Below are positions 29,398 to 40,424 of a stretch of DNA of 64,000 nt, in pieces. This DNA comes from Candidatus Limnocylindria bacterium (GTDB taxonomy: Bacteria; Eisenbacteria; RBG-16-71-46). Under the pieces are notes generated by a model. That model did not search any database, had not been told where the DNA came from, and worked only from the letters and a program-made list of their open reading frames with translations. Position numbers and translations under genes: made by a program. The stretch is from contig DASQFU010000048.1 of assembly GCA_035632955.1 (NCBI GenBank), positions 3,164-67,163 on the forward strand. The letters are read 5' to 3'. Position 1 is the first letter of the stretch. Each line of letters begins with the position of its first letter.

Positions 29398-30090
29398 CTA
29401 GCGGTACAGGGACTTGATGGCGCCCCAGGTCCGTTGCGTCGCAGACGTCGGTCCCGGAACGAGACAGTTGCCTTCGACCTGATTGTCGTAGCCAGCCGGA
29501 ACGGACGTGTTGTCGTTCTGCGCTCCGAGAATCCAGCCCGAGCGTTGCGCGGGCGGGACGTAGAGCGCCAGATCGCTGCCTTCGTCGAGCGTCATCGCGC
29601 CCGACCAAGCTCCGCGACCCGTGGCAAAATTGTACGTGAGCACGAACTGGTCGAGATCGCCACCCAATGCAGGAGGACCGGGATCGATGAACGTCGACGG
29701 CGCCGTGGCGTTCGGCGGATTCGTGCCGTAGAGCGCCGGCGTGTAGGGGCGCGCGAACGGATCTTCGAAGTAGCGGACTCGACCGTTGTCGTTGAACGTC
29801 ACGACCATGTCGGACCCGTCCGTGTCGCGCGTCGCAACCGTCAGATCGAACAGGTAGTAGGTGTACTCGTTCTGTGAGAAGTCGTAGAACGGATCGAGCA
29901 GCGGACCGAAGCTGGTAATGAACCCGACCGACTTGTAGCCGTCGCCGACGGCGAGGTACAAGCCGCCATCGCCTGGATTTTCGTAGTCGTATCCAGTGAA
30001 GCTCAACAGAGTCTGCTGGGGTTGCGCGTACACGGGGACCGTGCACACGAGCGCTGCGGTGAAGAGGAGTAGCAAAGTCTTACGGATCAT
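29398..30090 (-). CDS. secreted hypothetical protein, paralog B (C-terminal ...RTWGAIKSLYR)
   Basis: Signal peptide MIRKTLLLLFTAALVCTVPVYA. Tandem paralog of 28566..29333. Confidence 0.65.
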   Translation of the reverse strand: MIRKTLLLLFTAALVCTVPVYAQPQQTLLSFTGYDYENPGDGGLYLAVGDGYKSVGFITSFGPLLDPFYDFSQNEYTYYLFDLTVATRDTDGSDMVVTFNDNGRVRYFEDPFARPYTPALYGTNPPNATAPSTFIDPGPPALGGDLDQFVLTYNFATGRGAWSGAMTLDEGSDLALYVPPAQRSGWILGAQNDNTSVPAGYDNQVEGNCLVPGPTSATQRTWGAIKSLYR

Positions 30091-30355
30091 CGGTCACCTC
30101 CCCCGGGTGTGCCTCGAAGACGAGCGAGAAGTACGGCTAATACTGAAGCCGCCGGAAGTGCCCTGCTCCACCTTTCTGGGTGCCCAGAATGCTCCCGCCA
30201 GAGGGCAACGAAAAGTACAACGCGCCGCGGCGGCCTGCGAAGCTCCGAACCCGCGGGAAATCTGCGACTGACAGCCCGTAGTATAGCCTCGCGTGATGCG
30301 AGGTCAAGCTACAACTCCCGGTAGTACTGTTGTTTGTCGGGACTATACGGTTTTG

Positions 30356-31960
30356 TCAGGGCCATTCCAGCGTCGTGATCCGACGTGCAGCGACCCTCAA
30401 GCTGGTCAATGAGGCGAGACCCGCGACGGCGAGCGGGACCCACGCGAGAAAGCCCCCCGGAAGCTGCCACTCAAGGGCTTCGGCGATCGCCGGCAGCCCG
30501 ATCCAAAGTCCCGCCTGCACCGCGATCAGCCCGGTCGCCACCAGCCGTCCGGCAAGCGTCAGCATCGCCCGAGGATTCGTCCATCCCCAGTCCGCGAAAA
30601 GAGTTCCCGTGAGGATGCCGAGCGAGAGCGAAAGGCCCAGGGCGACCGTGACTCCCGGGATGATCGCGAGCCACTCGGACGCCGCCATCGGCAGCGACAG
30701 CATGAGGCTGCCGGCGGCCAGGGCGACCAGGGGACCGGCGAGCGCCGCGGAGCTCAACAGCTTGGCGATCACCCAGCGCGAAGGGGGCAGAGGGGCGAGC
30801 CGGGTCCATGCGAACCCGAGCTTCTCGAACGGGATCGAGCGGGCTGCGATCTCGTATCCCAGCGCGACCGCCAGCAGCGTCAGCATCGATCGGACGAGCA
30901 CCGGGGGCGGGACGTCGAGCAAGGGCGCCCCCACCAGCGGCAGCAGCGTCCACAGCACCGCGGCGGCCAGCAAGTCGCTGAGCACCGTCCAATCGCGCGC
31001 GAAGAGTCGTAGATCGCGCCGCGCCAGCTCGAGCACCGCGTAGCGCGGTTTCGCCGACGCCGTGGCGCGCCGCTTTGGCTTTCCCCGCTTCGCGGCGCCC
31101 GACCCGATTTGTGCGAGCGCGGTCTCCAGATCACGTGCGGCAACCGCGAGCGCGACGCCGACGGCAATCAGCGCGCCCGCCGCCAGTCGTGCCGTGCCGG
31201 CGAGCGCACCCGCGACGTCACCGCCGTGCGCGGCGACGAGGCTACGCGCGAGCCAATGCGCCGGCGACAGGGCATCGAGGCCGAACGCATCGCCGAAGAC
31301 GCGCCCGCCCCGCAGCGCCTCCCACGCTCCCGGATCTGCGGCCTTCGGCAGCAGGAACGAGTTGGCGAGCCAGAGCGCCGTGAGCATCAAGGTCGAGAGC
31401 AACCCGAGCGCTTCCCGGGCACGCCGTGCCGGCACGCGGCGCAGCACCATCAAGGCGACCGCGAGCCCGAGTGCGAGCGGGATCAGCCACATCGCCAGCA
31501 GCTGAAACGGCGCCAGTGCCCACGCCCAGACCGGGAGCGGCGCCGCCGCGGCGAACGCGACGACCGCCGGAATCAGCAGGATCACGAGCACCGGCGACGT
31601 GCGGGGCAACGCGTCCACCAGCTTCAACGCCAGGAGCCCGGCCGGGCTGAGCGGAGCGCGCCGCAGCAGGTCGAGATCGGAATCGAGCAGGACGGCAGAG
31701 ACGAGATAGTGGAGGTCGAAGACGATCAACGCGACCAGCGCCGCGGTCAGGATCGCGGCCAGCAGGCTCGCGGCCGATTCGACGCCGCCGACTCCGGCGG
31801 CGAAGGTCGCGAACGTGGCTTGAAACGCGGTCATGAGCACCGCCGCGACCATGGCCGCCAGCACCAGGCCCAGCCACGGACGCGGCCCACGGCGCGAGCG
31901 CCCGGACAGCGTGTTGCGCAGCAGCCGCCAGCGGCCGAGCGCGACGCCCGCGACGTTCAC
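30356..31960 (-). CDS. ABC transporter permease (large polytopic, ABC-2-like)
   Basis: More than 10 predicted TM segments. ATGA-coupled to the upstream ATPase gene. Confidence 0.7.
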   Translation of the reverse strand: MNVAGVALGRWRLLRNTLSGRSRRGPRPWLGLVLAAMVAAVLMTAFQATFATFAAGVGGVESAASLLAAILTAALVALIVFDLHYLVSAVLLDSDLDLLRRAPLSPAGLLALKLVDALPRTSPVLVILLIPAVVAFAAAAPLPVWAWALAPFQLLAMWLIPLALGLAVALMVLRRVPARRAREALGLLSTLMLTALWLANSFLLPKAADPGAWEALRGGRVFGDAFGLDALSPAHWLARSLVAAHGGDVAGALAGTARLAAGALIAVGVALAVAARDLETALAQIGSGAAKRGKPKRRATASAKPRYAVLELARRDLRLFARDWTVLSDLLAAAVLWTLLPLVGAPLLDVPPPVLVRSMLTLLAVALGYEIAARSIPFEKLGFAWTRLAPLPPSRWVIAKLLSSAALAGPLVALAAGSLMLSLPMAASEWLAIIPGVTVALGLSLSLGILTGTLFADWGWTNPRAMLTLAGRLVATGLIAVQAGLWIGLPAIAEALEWQLPGGFLAWVPLAVAGLASLTSLRVAARRITTLEWP

Positions 31961-32709
31961 GCGCCAGGGTCCGGCGCGCCGCGCGTCAGCTCGAGGAACA
32001 CGTCTTCCAGGGTCGCCTCCGCGCGGGCGCCGCGCAGCTCGTCGATGCGGCCCTCCGCGACCAGCCGGCCGTGATGGAGGATCGCCACGCGGTCGCAGAG
32101 CCGTTCGGCGACCTCGAGCAGATGGGTGGAGACGAGAACGCCGAAACCGCGCGGCATCCGCTCGCGCAACAGATCTTTGAACGCGCGCACGCCGAGCGGG
32201 TCGAGGCCGATCAAAGGCTCGTCGAGCATCAGCAGCGGTGGGTCGTGAATCAGCGCCGCGGCGAGCGAGATCTTCTGCCGCATGCCGAGCGAATAGGTCT
32301 CGATCAGCTCGCCGGCGACCGATGCGATGCCAAGGCGCTCGAGCAGCGCCTCCGAGCGCGGGCCCGCGAGACCTCCCGGCACGTCGTAGAGCGCGGCAAC
32401 GAACTCGAGGAACTCGCTGCCGGTGAGGCGCTCGTAGAGGAACGGCCGGTCCGGAACGAAGCCCAACGCTGCGCGGGCGCGGCGTCCGGCGCGCTGCAGG
32501 GAATGGCCGGCGATCTCGACGTCGCCGCCGTGAGGTCGCAGCAGCCCGGCGCTCACGCGCAGGGTCGTCGTCTTGCCCGCGCCGTTCGGGCCGAGAAAGC
32601 CCAGGATCTCCCCGGGGCGAACCTCGAGGCTCAGGCCATCGACCGCCACGAGCTCTCCATAGCGCCGGGTGAGCTCGACGATCCGGAGCGGCGGCGTCCG
32701 ATCATTCAT
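31957..32709 (-). CDS. ABC transporter ATP-binding protein
   Basis: Walker A 'GPNGAGKTT'. Signature 'LSLGMRQK'. Walker B 'LLMLDEP'. Confidence 0.9.
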   Translation of the reverse strand: MNDRTPPLRIVELTRRYGELVAVDGLSLEVRPGEILGFLGPNGAGKTTTLRVSAGLLRPHGGDVEIAGHSLQRAGRRARAALGFVPDRPFLYERLTGSEFLEFVAALYDVPGGLAGPRSEALLERLGIASVAGELIETYSLGMRQKISLAAALIHDPPLLMLDEPLIGLDPLGVRAFKDLLRERMPRGFGVLVSTHLLEVAERLCDRVAILHHGRLVAEGRIDELRGARAEATLEDVFLELTRGAPDPGA

Positions 32710-33051
32710 CGCGATCGATCCTCACAATGGCGCCGGAGTCTAGTGTCTCCGCACGTCGTGCTGAAATCGCCGCGATTCCGCAGCGGCGTCGGGCCTGCGC
32801 CGATCGGCACTCAGCGCGAATTAGCCCGCAGGTAACGAAGATCGACCTCGTGCGCCACGAGGGAGCCCGTGGCATGCGGGTTGCGGTGAGACTCCAGCGC
32901 GGATCGCGGTTGTCGAGTCCGCGACCGCTCCCGGAAACCAGGGGGCTGCGCCGAGAGGCCAGTAGGCAGGGGAGAGGGTCGCGGACTCGATGACCGCAAG
33001 CTCGCAGACGATGTCGCAGTCGCTCGGAGACCTACCGAAGGGAGACACACG

Positions 33052-33150
33052 ATGATCGCGTATCCGAACGTGTTCCCGATCGAGCTGGACCCGAAGCTCC
33101 TCCTGCTCCTGATTCTCTCCTGGCGCGTGGCGTTGATCTGGGAGCCCTAA
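33052..33150 (+). CDS. possible 32-aa hydrophobic micropeptide (MIAYPNVFPIELDPKLLLLLILSWRVALIWEP)
   Basis: ATG with GGGAG RBS, followed by a GC hairpin at 33192..33215. Speculative. Confidence 0.2.
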   Translation: MIAYPNVFPIELDPKLLLLLILSWRVALIWEP

Positions 33151-33191
33151 GATCCAGGGAAGAACCCACGAACAAGGGCCGTACGACACGG

Positions 33192-33215
33192 GGCCCCGGC
33201 GGACAAGCCGGGGCC
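33192..33215 (+). terminator. GC-rich hairpin (GGCCCCGGC-GGACAA-GCCGGGGCC)
   Basis: Perfect 9-bp stem. Weak T tract after it. Confidence 0.3.
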
Positions 33216-33306
33216 TCGTGTGCGTGATTGCTCAAACGATAGCCTGCTGCTCGCTGGCCTTCTGTGATGTACAAGTCAAGGAAAGTGACTCGACGATAGC
33301 CCGGAG

Positions 33307-33804
33307 ATGCTGATGTCGACAGTAGCTGTAGCATTCAAGAAGAGCATAAGTGGTCTTGTTGGACGGCGATCTTATTCGGTCGTTGCTGGATGGGGATCGT
33401 GGCTGAGCGTCGACTTTGAGCCTGCGCATGAGCTCCAGCGGCCGAGCAAGAACAAGGCGTTGCCCGACAAAAGGAGGCGTTACATCGGGGAGGTAGCACT
33501 CTTCATAAGGGAGGCTGCATGGCGCCTCAGGCTCGATGAGACGATTCTTGTGGGTTCGTACGACAATCTGAAGGTAGGTCGTGCGGAATCCGAGTTGAGA
33601 GCTATGGAAGGGCGTCGCGTCAGATCTGTTGATATGGTGGGCAAGGGACTGATCTGTGTTGATTTTGGAAGCAAGCTGAGGCTCGAGATCTTCCCGATTT
33701 GTGTCGCGGTGGGACAAAGATGGAGTCAATTTCTCCCTCATGACGCCGACCAAGAGCTTCCGCGTAGGTCCCGGAGGGAAGCTGACGGTCCAGAAGAGCG
33801 ATAG
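33307..33804 (+). CDS. hypothetical protein encoded in low-GC (~50%) island
   Basis: 165-aa ORF with balanced K/E/D/I/F composition and A/T-ending codons, unlike its neighbours. The antisense ORF 33232..33858 is S/P/R-rich and less protein-like. Confidence 0.45.
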   Translation: MLMSTVAVAFKKSISGLVGRRSYSVVAGWGSWLSVDFEPAHELQRPSKNKALPDKRRRYIGEVALFIREAAWRLRLDETILVGSYDNLKVGRAESELRAMEGRRVRSVDMVGKGLICVDFGSKLRLEIFPICVAVGQRWSQFLPHDADQELPRRSRREADGPEER

Positions 33805-33901
33805 AGCACAACGATGGACCGCCTGACGGGTTAGGACCCCCCTAAGATCCTGTGACACTGGCGTTCCGAATCGCTGAGCCGTTTATCCTCGGCTCGCGTG
33901 G

Positions 33902-35662
<1,761 letters not shown>

Positions 35663-35672
35663 GATGCGCACC

Positions 35673-36677
35673 CTACTGCGCGCCCAGCGCCTGCGCCAGC
35701 TTGGGTAGGCTCACGTCGTAGCGGTAGCCGACGTTCCGGTGGCCGTCGTCGAACTCTTCGTGCTCGTGCGCGATCCCGAGGGCCTGCAGCCGCGCGGCGA
35801 ACCGACGCGCGCCGAGATGGAGACTCCACTCGTCGCGCGTGCCGCAGTCCAGGAACAACAGGCGCAGCGAGCGCAGCGCCGCCGCATGGCGCTCGATCAG
35901 ACGGAGGGGATCGTGCTCGAGCCAGCGCTCCCACACGTCGTCCCGGAACGCGCCGGTCTCGAGGTCGCAAGGCAGATCGATGCCAAAGGGCGAGGTGTCG
36001 GGATTCGGGGAGTACGCGGCGGCCATGCCGAGAATGTTGAGCGCCGTGAAGTCGTCGTCTTTCTTTTGGATCTGAGCTTCGAACCGCTCCAGCCACGCGA
36101 CCAGGCCGCCGCCCTGCTGCACCTGGGAGCAGAACTTCGGCACGCCGCCCCGATAGCAGTAGTCGAACATCATGTCCCCGCTGTGGCAGGCGGCGGCTCC
36201 GAACACTTCGGGATGCCGCATGCCCTGAATCAACGCGCCATAGCCGCCCGACGACTTGCCCGCCACGCCCCGGTGATCGCGGTCGGCTTGCGTCCGGTAG
36301 GTCTGGTCCACATGGAGGACCAGCTCTGAGACCAGGTGATGCTCGTAGCGTCCGGTCGCGGTCGAGTCGAGATACTGCGAACCGCCGAAGCGGGTGAAGC
36401 AATCGGGCATCACCAGGATCATCTCGCCGCACGCGCCGCGGGCGAGGAGTCGGTCCATGCGCTCGTCGAGCGGCGGCGACCAGGGATTGTCGTTGAGCAG
36501 CATGCGGCCACGCCCGGTGAATCCCGCCAGGACGTAGACCACCGGATAGCGCCGATCCTTGGCGGCGGCGTAGGACGGCGGCAGGTACACGGGGACCGTC
36601 CGTGCGTGAGGATCTCCGGCGGGGTTGCCCTTCAGGACCTGGCTTTCGAACCGTTCCATCACGACTTGACCGTGCAT
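35673..36677 (-). CDS. esterase family alpha/beta hydrolase (esterase D / enterochelin-esterase-like)
   Basis: ATG at 36677 with GGAGGG RBS. 'GKSSGG' GxSxG nucleophile motif. Confidence 0.75.
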   Translation of the reverse strand: MHGQVVMERFESQVLKGNPAGDPHARTVPVYLPPSYAAAKDRRYPVVYVLAGFTGRGRMLLNDNPWSPPLDERMDRLLARGACGEMILVMPDCFTRFGGSQYLDSTATGRYEHHLVSELVLHVDQTYRTQADRDHRGVAGKSSGGYGALIQGMRHPEVFGAAACHSGDMMFDYCYRGGVPKFCSQVQQGGGLVAWLERFEAQIQKKDDDFTALNILGMAAAYSPNPDTSPFGIDLPCDLETGAFRDDVWERWLEHDPLRLIERHAAALRSLRLLFLDCGTRDEWSLHLGARRFAARLQALGIAHEHEEFDDGHRNVGYRYDVSLPKLAQALGAQ

Positions 36678-36817
36678 CGACCCTCCACCCTCAGGCTGGA
36701 TCCGGCTCGAGGCCGGCATTTCGCGGGCACACCGGGCTCAAGTCGGCCCCGAGAGCCCGCCGATAACTCGTGCGAGCTGGATCGGCGCTCGATTCGCGGC
36801 CGGACCGCGTTCGACCC

Positions 36818-38410
36818 ATGGCCCCGGAAGTCCCTCGCATGCCCGCAGGAAAGCACTCCGCCCTCGACTCGATCAACCGGCGCGGCTGGTTGCTTTGGGT
36901 CGTCACGTTCGCGGTCATCCTGTCGCTGACTGCGACCGTCCCGATCCTCTACCTGCCGCTGCTGGAGATGGTCGGCGTCGAAGAGCACGCGCAACTCTGG
37001 GTCAAGAACGGCTACTACGCCGGCGTCGGTCTCGCTGGCCTGGTCCTGATCTTCTGCCTCTACACGGCGCTCAAGCATCGCGAGCTGAACGCGATGCGCG
37101 AGGCGTTGCACCGCGAGGAGCGCGAGCTCGAGGACGTGCGCACGCGCCTCTCCGAGATCTCCGCGCTGTTCCAGGTCTCGACCACGCTCAACCTGCAGCT
37201 TCGCCTGGACGCGATCCTGGAGATCATCGTCCGCCGCGTGGTTTCGACGCTGCGCGCCCAACAGGCATCGGTCATGATTTACAACCCCGAGTCGGGAGTC
37301 CTCGAGACGCGCGCCTCCTACGGCCTCGAGTCCGAGTTCGCGCGCCATGCGCGCGCGCGCATGGGTGAGGGAATCGCGGGCTGGGTCGCCGAGTGCAAGG
37401 AGGCGGTGCTGCTCGGGCAGGGCCCGAACGAGGCGTTCAACCGCCACTACAAGAACAATCGCAACATCACGTCGGCTTTGTCGCTGCCGCTCAAGGTCGG
37501 GGACCGGTGCGTCGGCGTGCTGAACGTCAACCGCATCAATCATCCGGATCCGTTTCTCGAGCATCATCGCGACATGCTGCGCCTGTTCGCCGAGCACGTC
37601 GGCGCCGTGATCGATCGCGCCGAGGTCATGGAGCGGATGGCGACCCGCACCGCCGATCTGATGTCGTCGAACCTCAAGTTGAGCGAGATGAACCGGATGA
37701 AGGACGTCCTGCTCTCGACCGCAAGTCACGAGCTCAAGACGCCGCTGACGTCGGTGATCGCCTACGCCGAGCTGCTGGACGACTCACAGGGCCAGCTCTC
37801 GGCCGACCAGCGCGGCGAGTTCCTGCGCCGGCTGCGGCAGGAAGCGAATCATCTGCTGGGCCTGATCGACGACATCCTCGACCTGTCGCGGCTCGAAACC
37901 GGCAAGCTCACGCTGCATTGCGAGGCGCTGGCGGTGAATCAAATCGCGCACGCGGCGGTCGAGAGCGCGCGCAACACCGCCCAGAAGTACGGCATCGAGC
38001 TGATCGAGGAGTTCGACGCCGAGCTCGGCACCGTGTCGCTGGACGAGGTCAAGATCCGCCAAGTGATCCTGAATCTGCTCGTCAATGCCATCAAGTTCAG
38101 CCCCGAGAACGGCGCCGTGCGGATCGGCACCCGTCGCGACACCAATTTCGTCGTGATCGAAGTCACCGACGAGGGGCCCGGCATCCGTCCCGAGGAGAGC
38201 GCACACATCTTCGAGCTGTTCGGACAGGGCGTGCGCCAGATGGAGAAGCGCCCGAGCGGCCTCGGCATCGGCCTGCACCTCGTCAAGCGAATCACGGAGC
38301 TGCACGGCGGCCACGTCGGCGTCAACAGCAGCCCGGGCCACGGCAGCAACTTCTGGGTCCGGGTGCCGATCGCCGACGCCCAAGCACCTGCCGAGCGGGA
38401 AGCCGCGTAG
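36818..38410 (+). CDS. sensor histidine kinase with TM region and GAF domain
   Basis: 'HELKTPLTSVIAYAELL' HisKA H-box. HATPase_c N/G boxes. Start could be 36818 or 36839. Confidence 0.85.
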   Translation: MAPEVPRMPAGKHSALDSINRRGWLLWVVTFAVILSLTATVPILYLPLLEMVGVEEHAQLWVKNGYYAGVGLAGLVLIFCLYTALKHRELNAMREALHREERELEDVRTRLSEISALFQVSTTLNLQLRLDAILEIIVRRVVSTLRAQQASVMIYNPESGVLETRASYGLESEFARHARARMGEGIAGWVAECKEAVLLGQGPNEAFNRHYKNNRNITSALSLPLKVGDRCVGVLNVNRINHPDPFLEHHRDMLRLFAEHVGAVIDRAEVMERMATRTADLMSSNLKLSEMNRMKDVLLSTASHELKTPLTSVIAYAELLDDSQGQLSADQRGEFLRRLRQEANHLLGLIDDILDLSRLETGKLTLHCEALAVNQIAHAAVESARNTAQKYGIELIEEFDAELGTVSLDEVKIRQVILNLLVNAIKFSPENGAVRIGTRRDTNFVVIEVTDEGPGIRPEESAHIFELFGQGVRQMEKRPSGLGIGLHLVKRITELHGGHVGVNSSPGHGSNFWVRVPIADAQAPAEREAA

Positions 38411-38607
38411 CGTTCGCCGCTCCGGCGCCCGGCTTGCGCCGCTCCGGATCGAACGCAAAAAGCCGAGTCCCGCCGCCTCCGAATCGCGACCTCGCCACCC
38501 CGCGCACGAGATAGAAGAGCAGACGGGATCGTCTCCAAGCCTCCGCGGTCAGGACGGATTCCGGGCAGGAGCCCTTCCCGCGTTGGCGAGGCTACGATCC
38601 CTCGCGG

Positions 38608-38625
38608 ACGTGAGGTACCTCACGT
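38608..38625. promoter_or_regulatory. perfect 18-bp palindrome ACGTGAGGTACCTCACGT upstream of the ECF sigma gene
   Basis: Read from sequence. Lies ~215 nt upstream of the sigma-factor start. Confidence 0.4.
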
Positions 38626-38838
38626 TACATCGGACCGCGCGTTCCTGCACCACCGGAGGCTGCGAGGGCCGGCGCCCGGAAGCATGCGCTCACCGCCCGG
38701 GGGGAGGCCTGTGAAGTGCAACCCAGCATGGAGGCGCCAGGCCGCCGGGGCCCGGTGCAAGTTGTGCAATACTGGCCCCGTCCACGTGGTAGACCGTCCG
38801 GGAGCCAGCCACCGACCCAGTCGTTTCCGTAGGCGTTC

Positions 38839-39522
38839 GTGAGCAAACCGACACCCCATCCGACACAATCCAGCCCGCTCCCCGTACCTGGTAGTGAAGC
38901 GGAAGCGAGGCTGGCGTCGCCGACCTCGCCCGAGGAACGGCCCTCCGGTGTGCCGGAGCGGGCTCCTCCCTCCAGCCGTGAAGAGTTGGAAGGGGTCAGG
39001 GCTCGGGATCCGAAAGCGCTGGCCGCGTTCTTCGAGCGGTACTTCGACCGGCTCTACGGACTGATCCATCGGTTGGTCGGCGAGCGGGCGCTGGCGGAGG
39101 ACGTGACCCAGGACGTGTTTCTCAAAGTTCATCGGGCAGCGGATCGGATCGATTCGGGGCGCGATCCGTTTCCCTGGCTGGTCACGATCGCCCATAACGC
39201 GTGCCGGGACGTGTGGCGCTCGAGCGCATACCGGCTGACGCAGCGGGCCGCTTCGATCGACGGTCCGATCGGCGCTTCGCTCTCGCGGGGCATCAACGAC
39301 CCGGAGCATGACGCGCTGGCGAGCGAGCGCGAGCGGCTGGTTCAGGCGGCGATCGCGGGTCTGCCCGAACCGCTGCGCGTCGCGGTGCTGTTGCACGACT
39401 ACGAAGGGTTGGGGCACGAAGAGGTCGCTGTCATCACCGGAGTTCGGCACGCGGCCGCGAGGAAGCGCTATTCGCGCGCGCTGGCGACGCTGGCGCGGCT
39501 GCTGGAAGGGAAGCTGTCATGA
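38839..39522 (+). CDS. RNA polymerase sigma-70 factor, ECF subfamily
   Basis: Region 2 'FFERYFDRLYGLIHRLV...DVTQDVFLKV'. Region 4 present. GTG start with a P/S-rich N-extension. Confidence 0.8.
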   Translation: MSKPTPHPTQSSPLPVPGSEAEARLASPTSPEERPSGVPERAPPSSREELEGVRARDPKALAAFFERYFDRLYGLIHRLVGERALAEDVTQDVFLKVHRAADRIDSGRDPFPWLVTIAHNACRDVWRSSAYRLTQRAASIDGPIGASLSRGINDPEHDALASERERLVQAAIAGLPEPLRVAVLLHDYEGLGHEEVAVITGVRHAAARKRYSRALATLARLLEGKLS

Positions 39523-40337
39523 GCTCACGACTCGACACGCCGCTGACCGCCGCGGAATCCCGCGCGCGCGGGGCGGTGCAATCGCTCCGGCGTCCGCAGG
39601 CTGATCGGGCGTTTCGTGAGCGGCTCGAGCGGGACTTCACGACCGGGCAGGTCGCGGCGCGGCGAACGCTGGTCCTGCTCGCACGCCCGGCGGTGAGCTG
39701 GGCATGGTGGGCGCTGGCGCCGGCCGCCGCGGCGCTCGCGATCGCGATCGGGATCGCGAATCGCGGCCCAGCATGGCGCGTCGTGGAGACGCGCGGCGAG
39801 GGCATGGTGATCGTCGAAGGCCGCCCGGTGCCGGTGCAACATCTGGCCGGCCGGGCGAAAGGGCTCGCACCGGGCGCGCGCATCACGCTCACGGGCACGA
39901 CCGAGATCGAAATCGCGAGCCAGGGCCAGCTCGTGGTTCAGATCACCCCGGGGTCCGAGATCACCTTGCCGCGGCCGCCGGGACGCTGGTTCGGGCGTAC
40001 CGGCACGGGCGCGGTGTGGAAGGGCGAGATCCGCGTCACGACCGGGCCGCGCTTTCGCGGCGCGTCGCTCGCGCTCGAAACTCCAGAAGCCGCGATCGAC
40101 GTCGTGGGGACGACGTTCGCGGTGATCTGCGAGCGCGCGGGCACGTGCGTCTGCGTGCTGGAAGGGACGGTGCGTGTCGGGCCGAAGGGCGCCGCCATGA
40201 AGCCAGTCGCGCACGGCCGGCGCATGTACGTGTTCAACGACGGGCGTGCGCCGGAAGACGCCGCCATCCGCCCGAACGAGATCGGCAAGCTGGGCATGTT
40301 CCGGGACCAGAACGCGGGAGCCGGCGAAGCGCGCTGA
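39519..40337 (+). CDS. anti-sigma factor, FecR-like domain protein
   Basis: ATGA-coupled to the ECF sigma gene. Single TM (WAWWALAPAAAALAIAIGIA). Periplasmic FecR-like beta domain. Confidence 0.6.
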   Translation: MSSRLDTPLTAAESRARGAVQSLRRPQADRAFRERLERDFTTGQVAARRTLVLLARPAVSWAWWALAPAAAALAIAIGIANRGPAWRVVETRGEGMVIVEGRPVPVQHLAGRAKGLAPGARITLTGTTEIEIASQGQLVVQITPGSEITLPRPPGRWFGRTGTGAVWKGEIRVTTGPRFRGASLALETPEAAIDVVGTTFAVICERAGTCVCVLEGTVRVGPKGAAMKPVAHGRRMYVFNDGRAPEDAAIRPNEIGKLGMFRDQNAGAGEAR

Positions 40338-40424
40338 GGGTGTCGGCAGATCGGCGGGCGACGAGCGCGTGAGACGGAGCCGGCAGGGACCCGGGTGGTC
40401 TTACCCGGCGCTCACGCCGCTCGC

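Noticed and set aside
33232-33858. 208-aa minus-strand ORF in the low-GC island
   Set aside because: S/P/R/L-biased composition. The plus-strand ORF 33307..33804 looks more protein-like, though only one can be real and confidence is modest.
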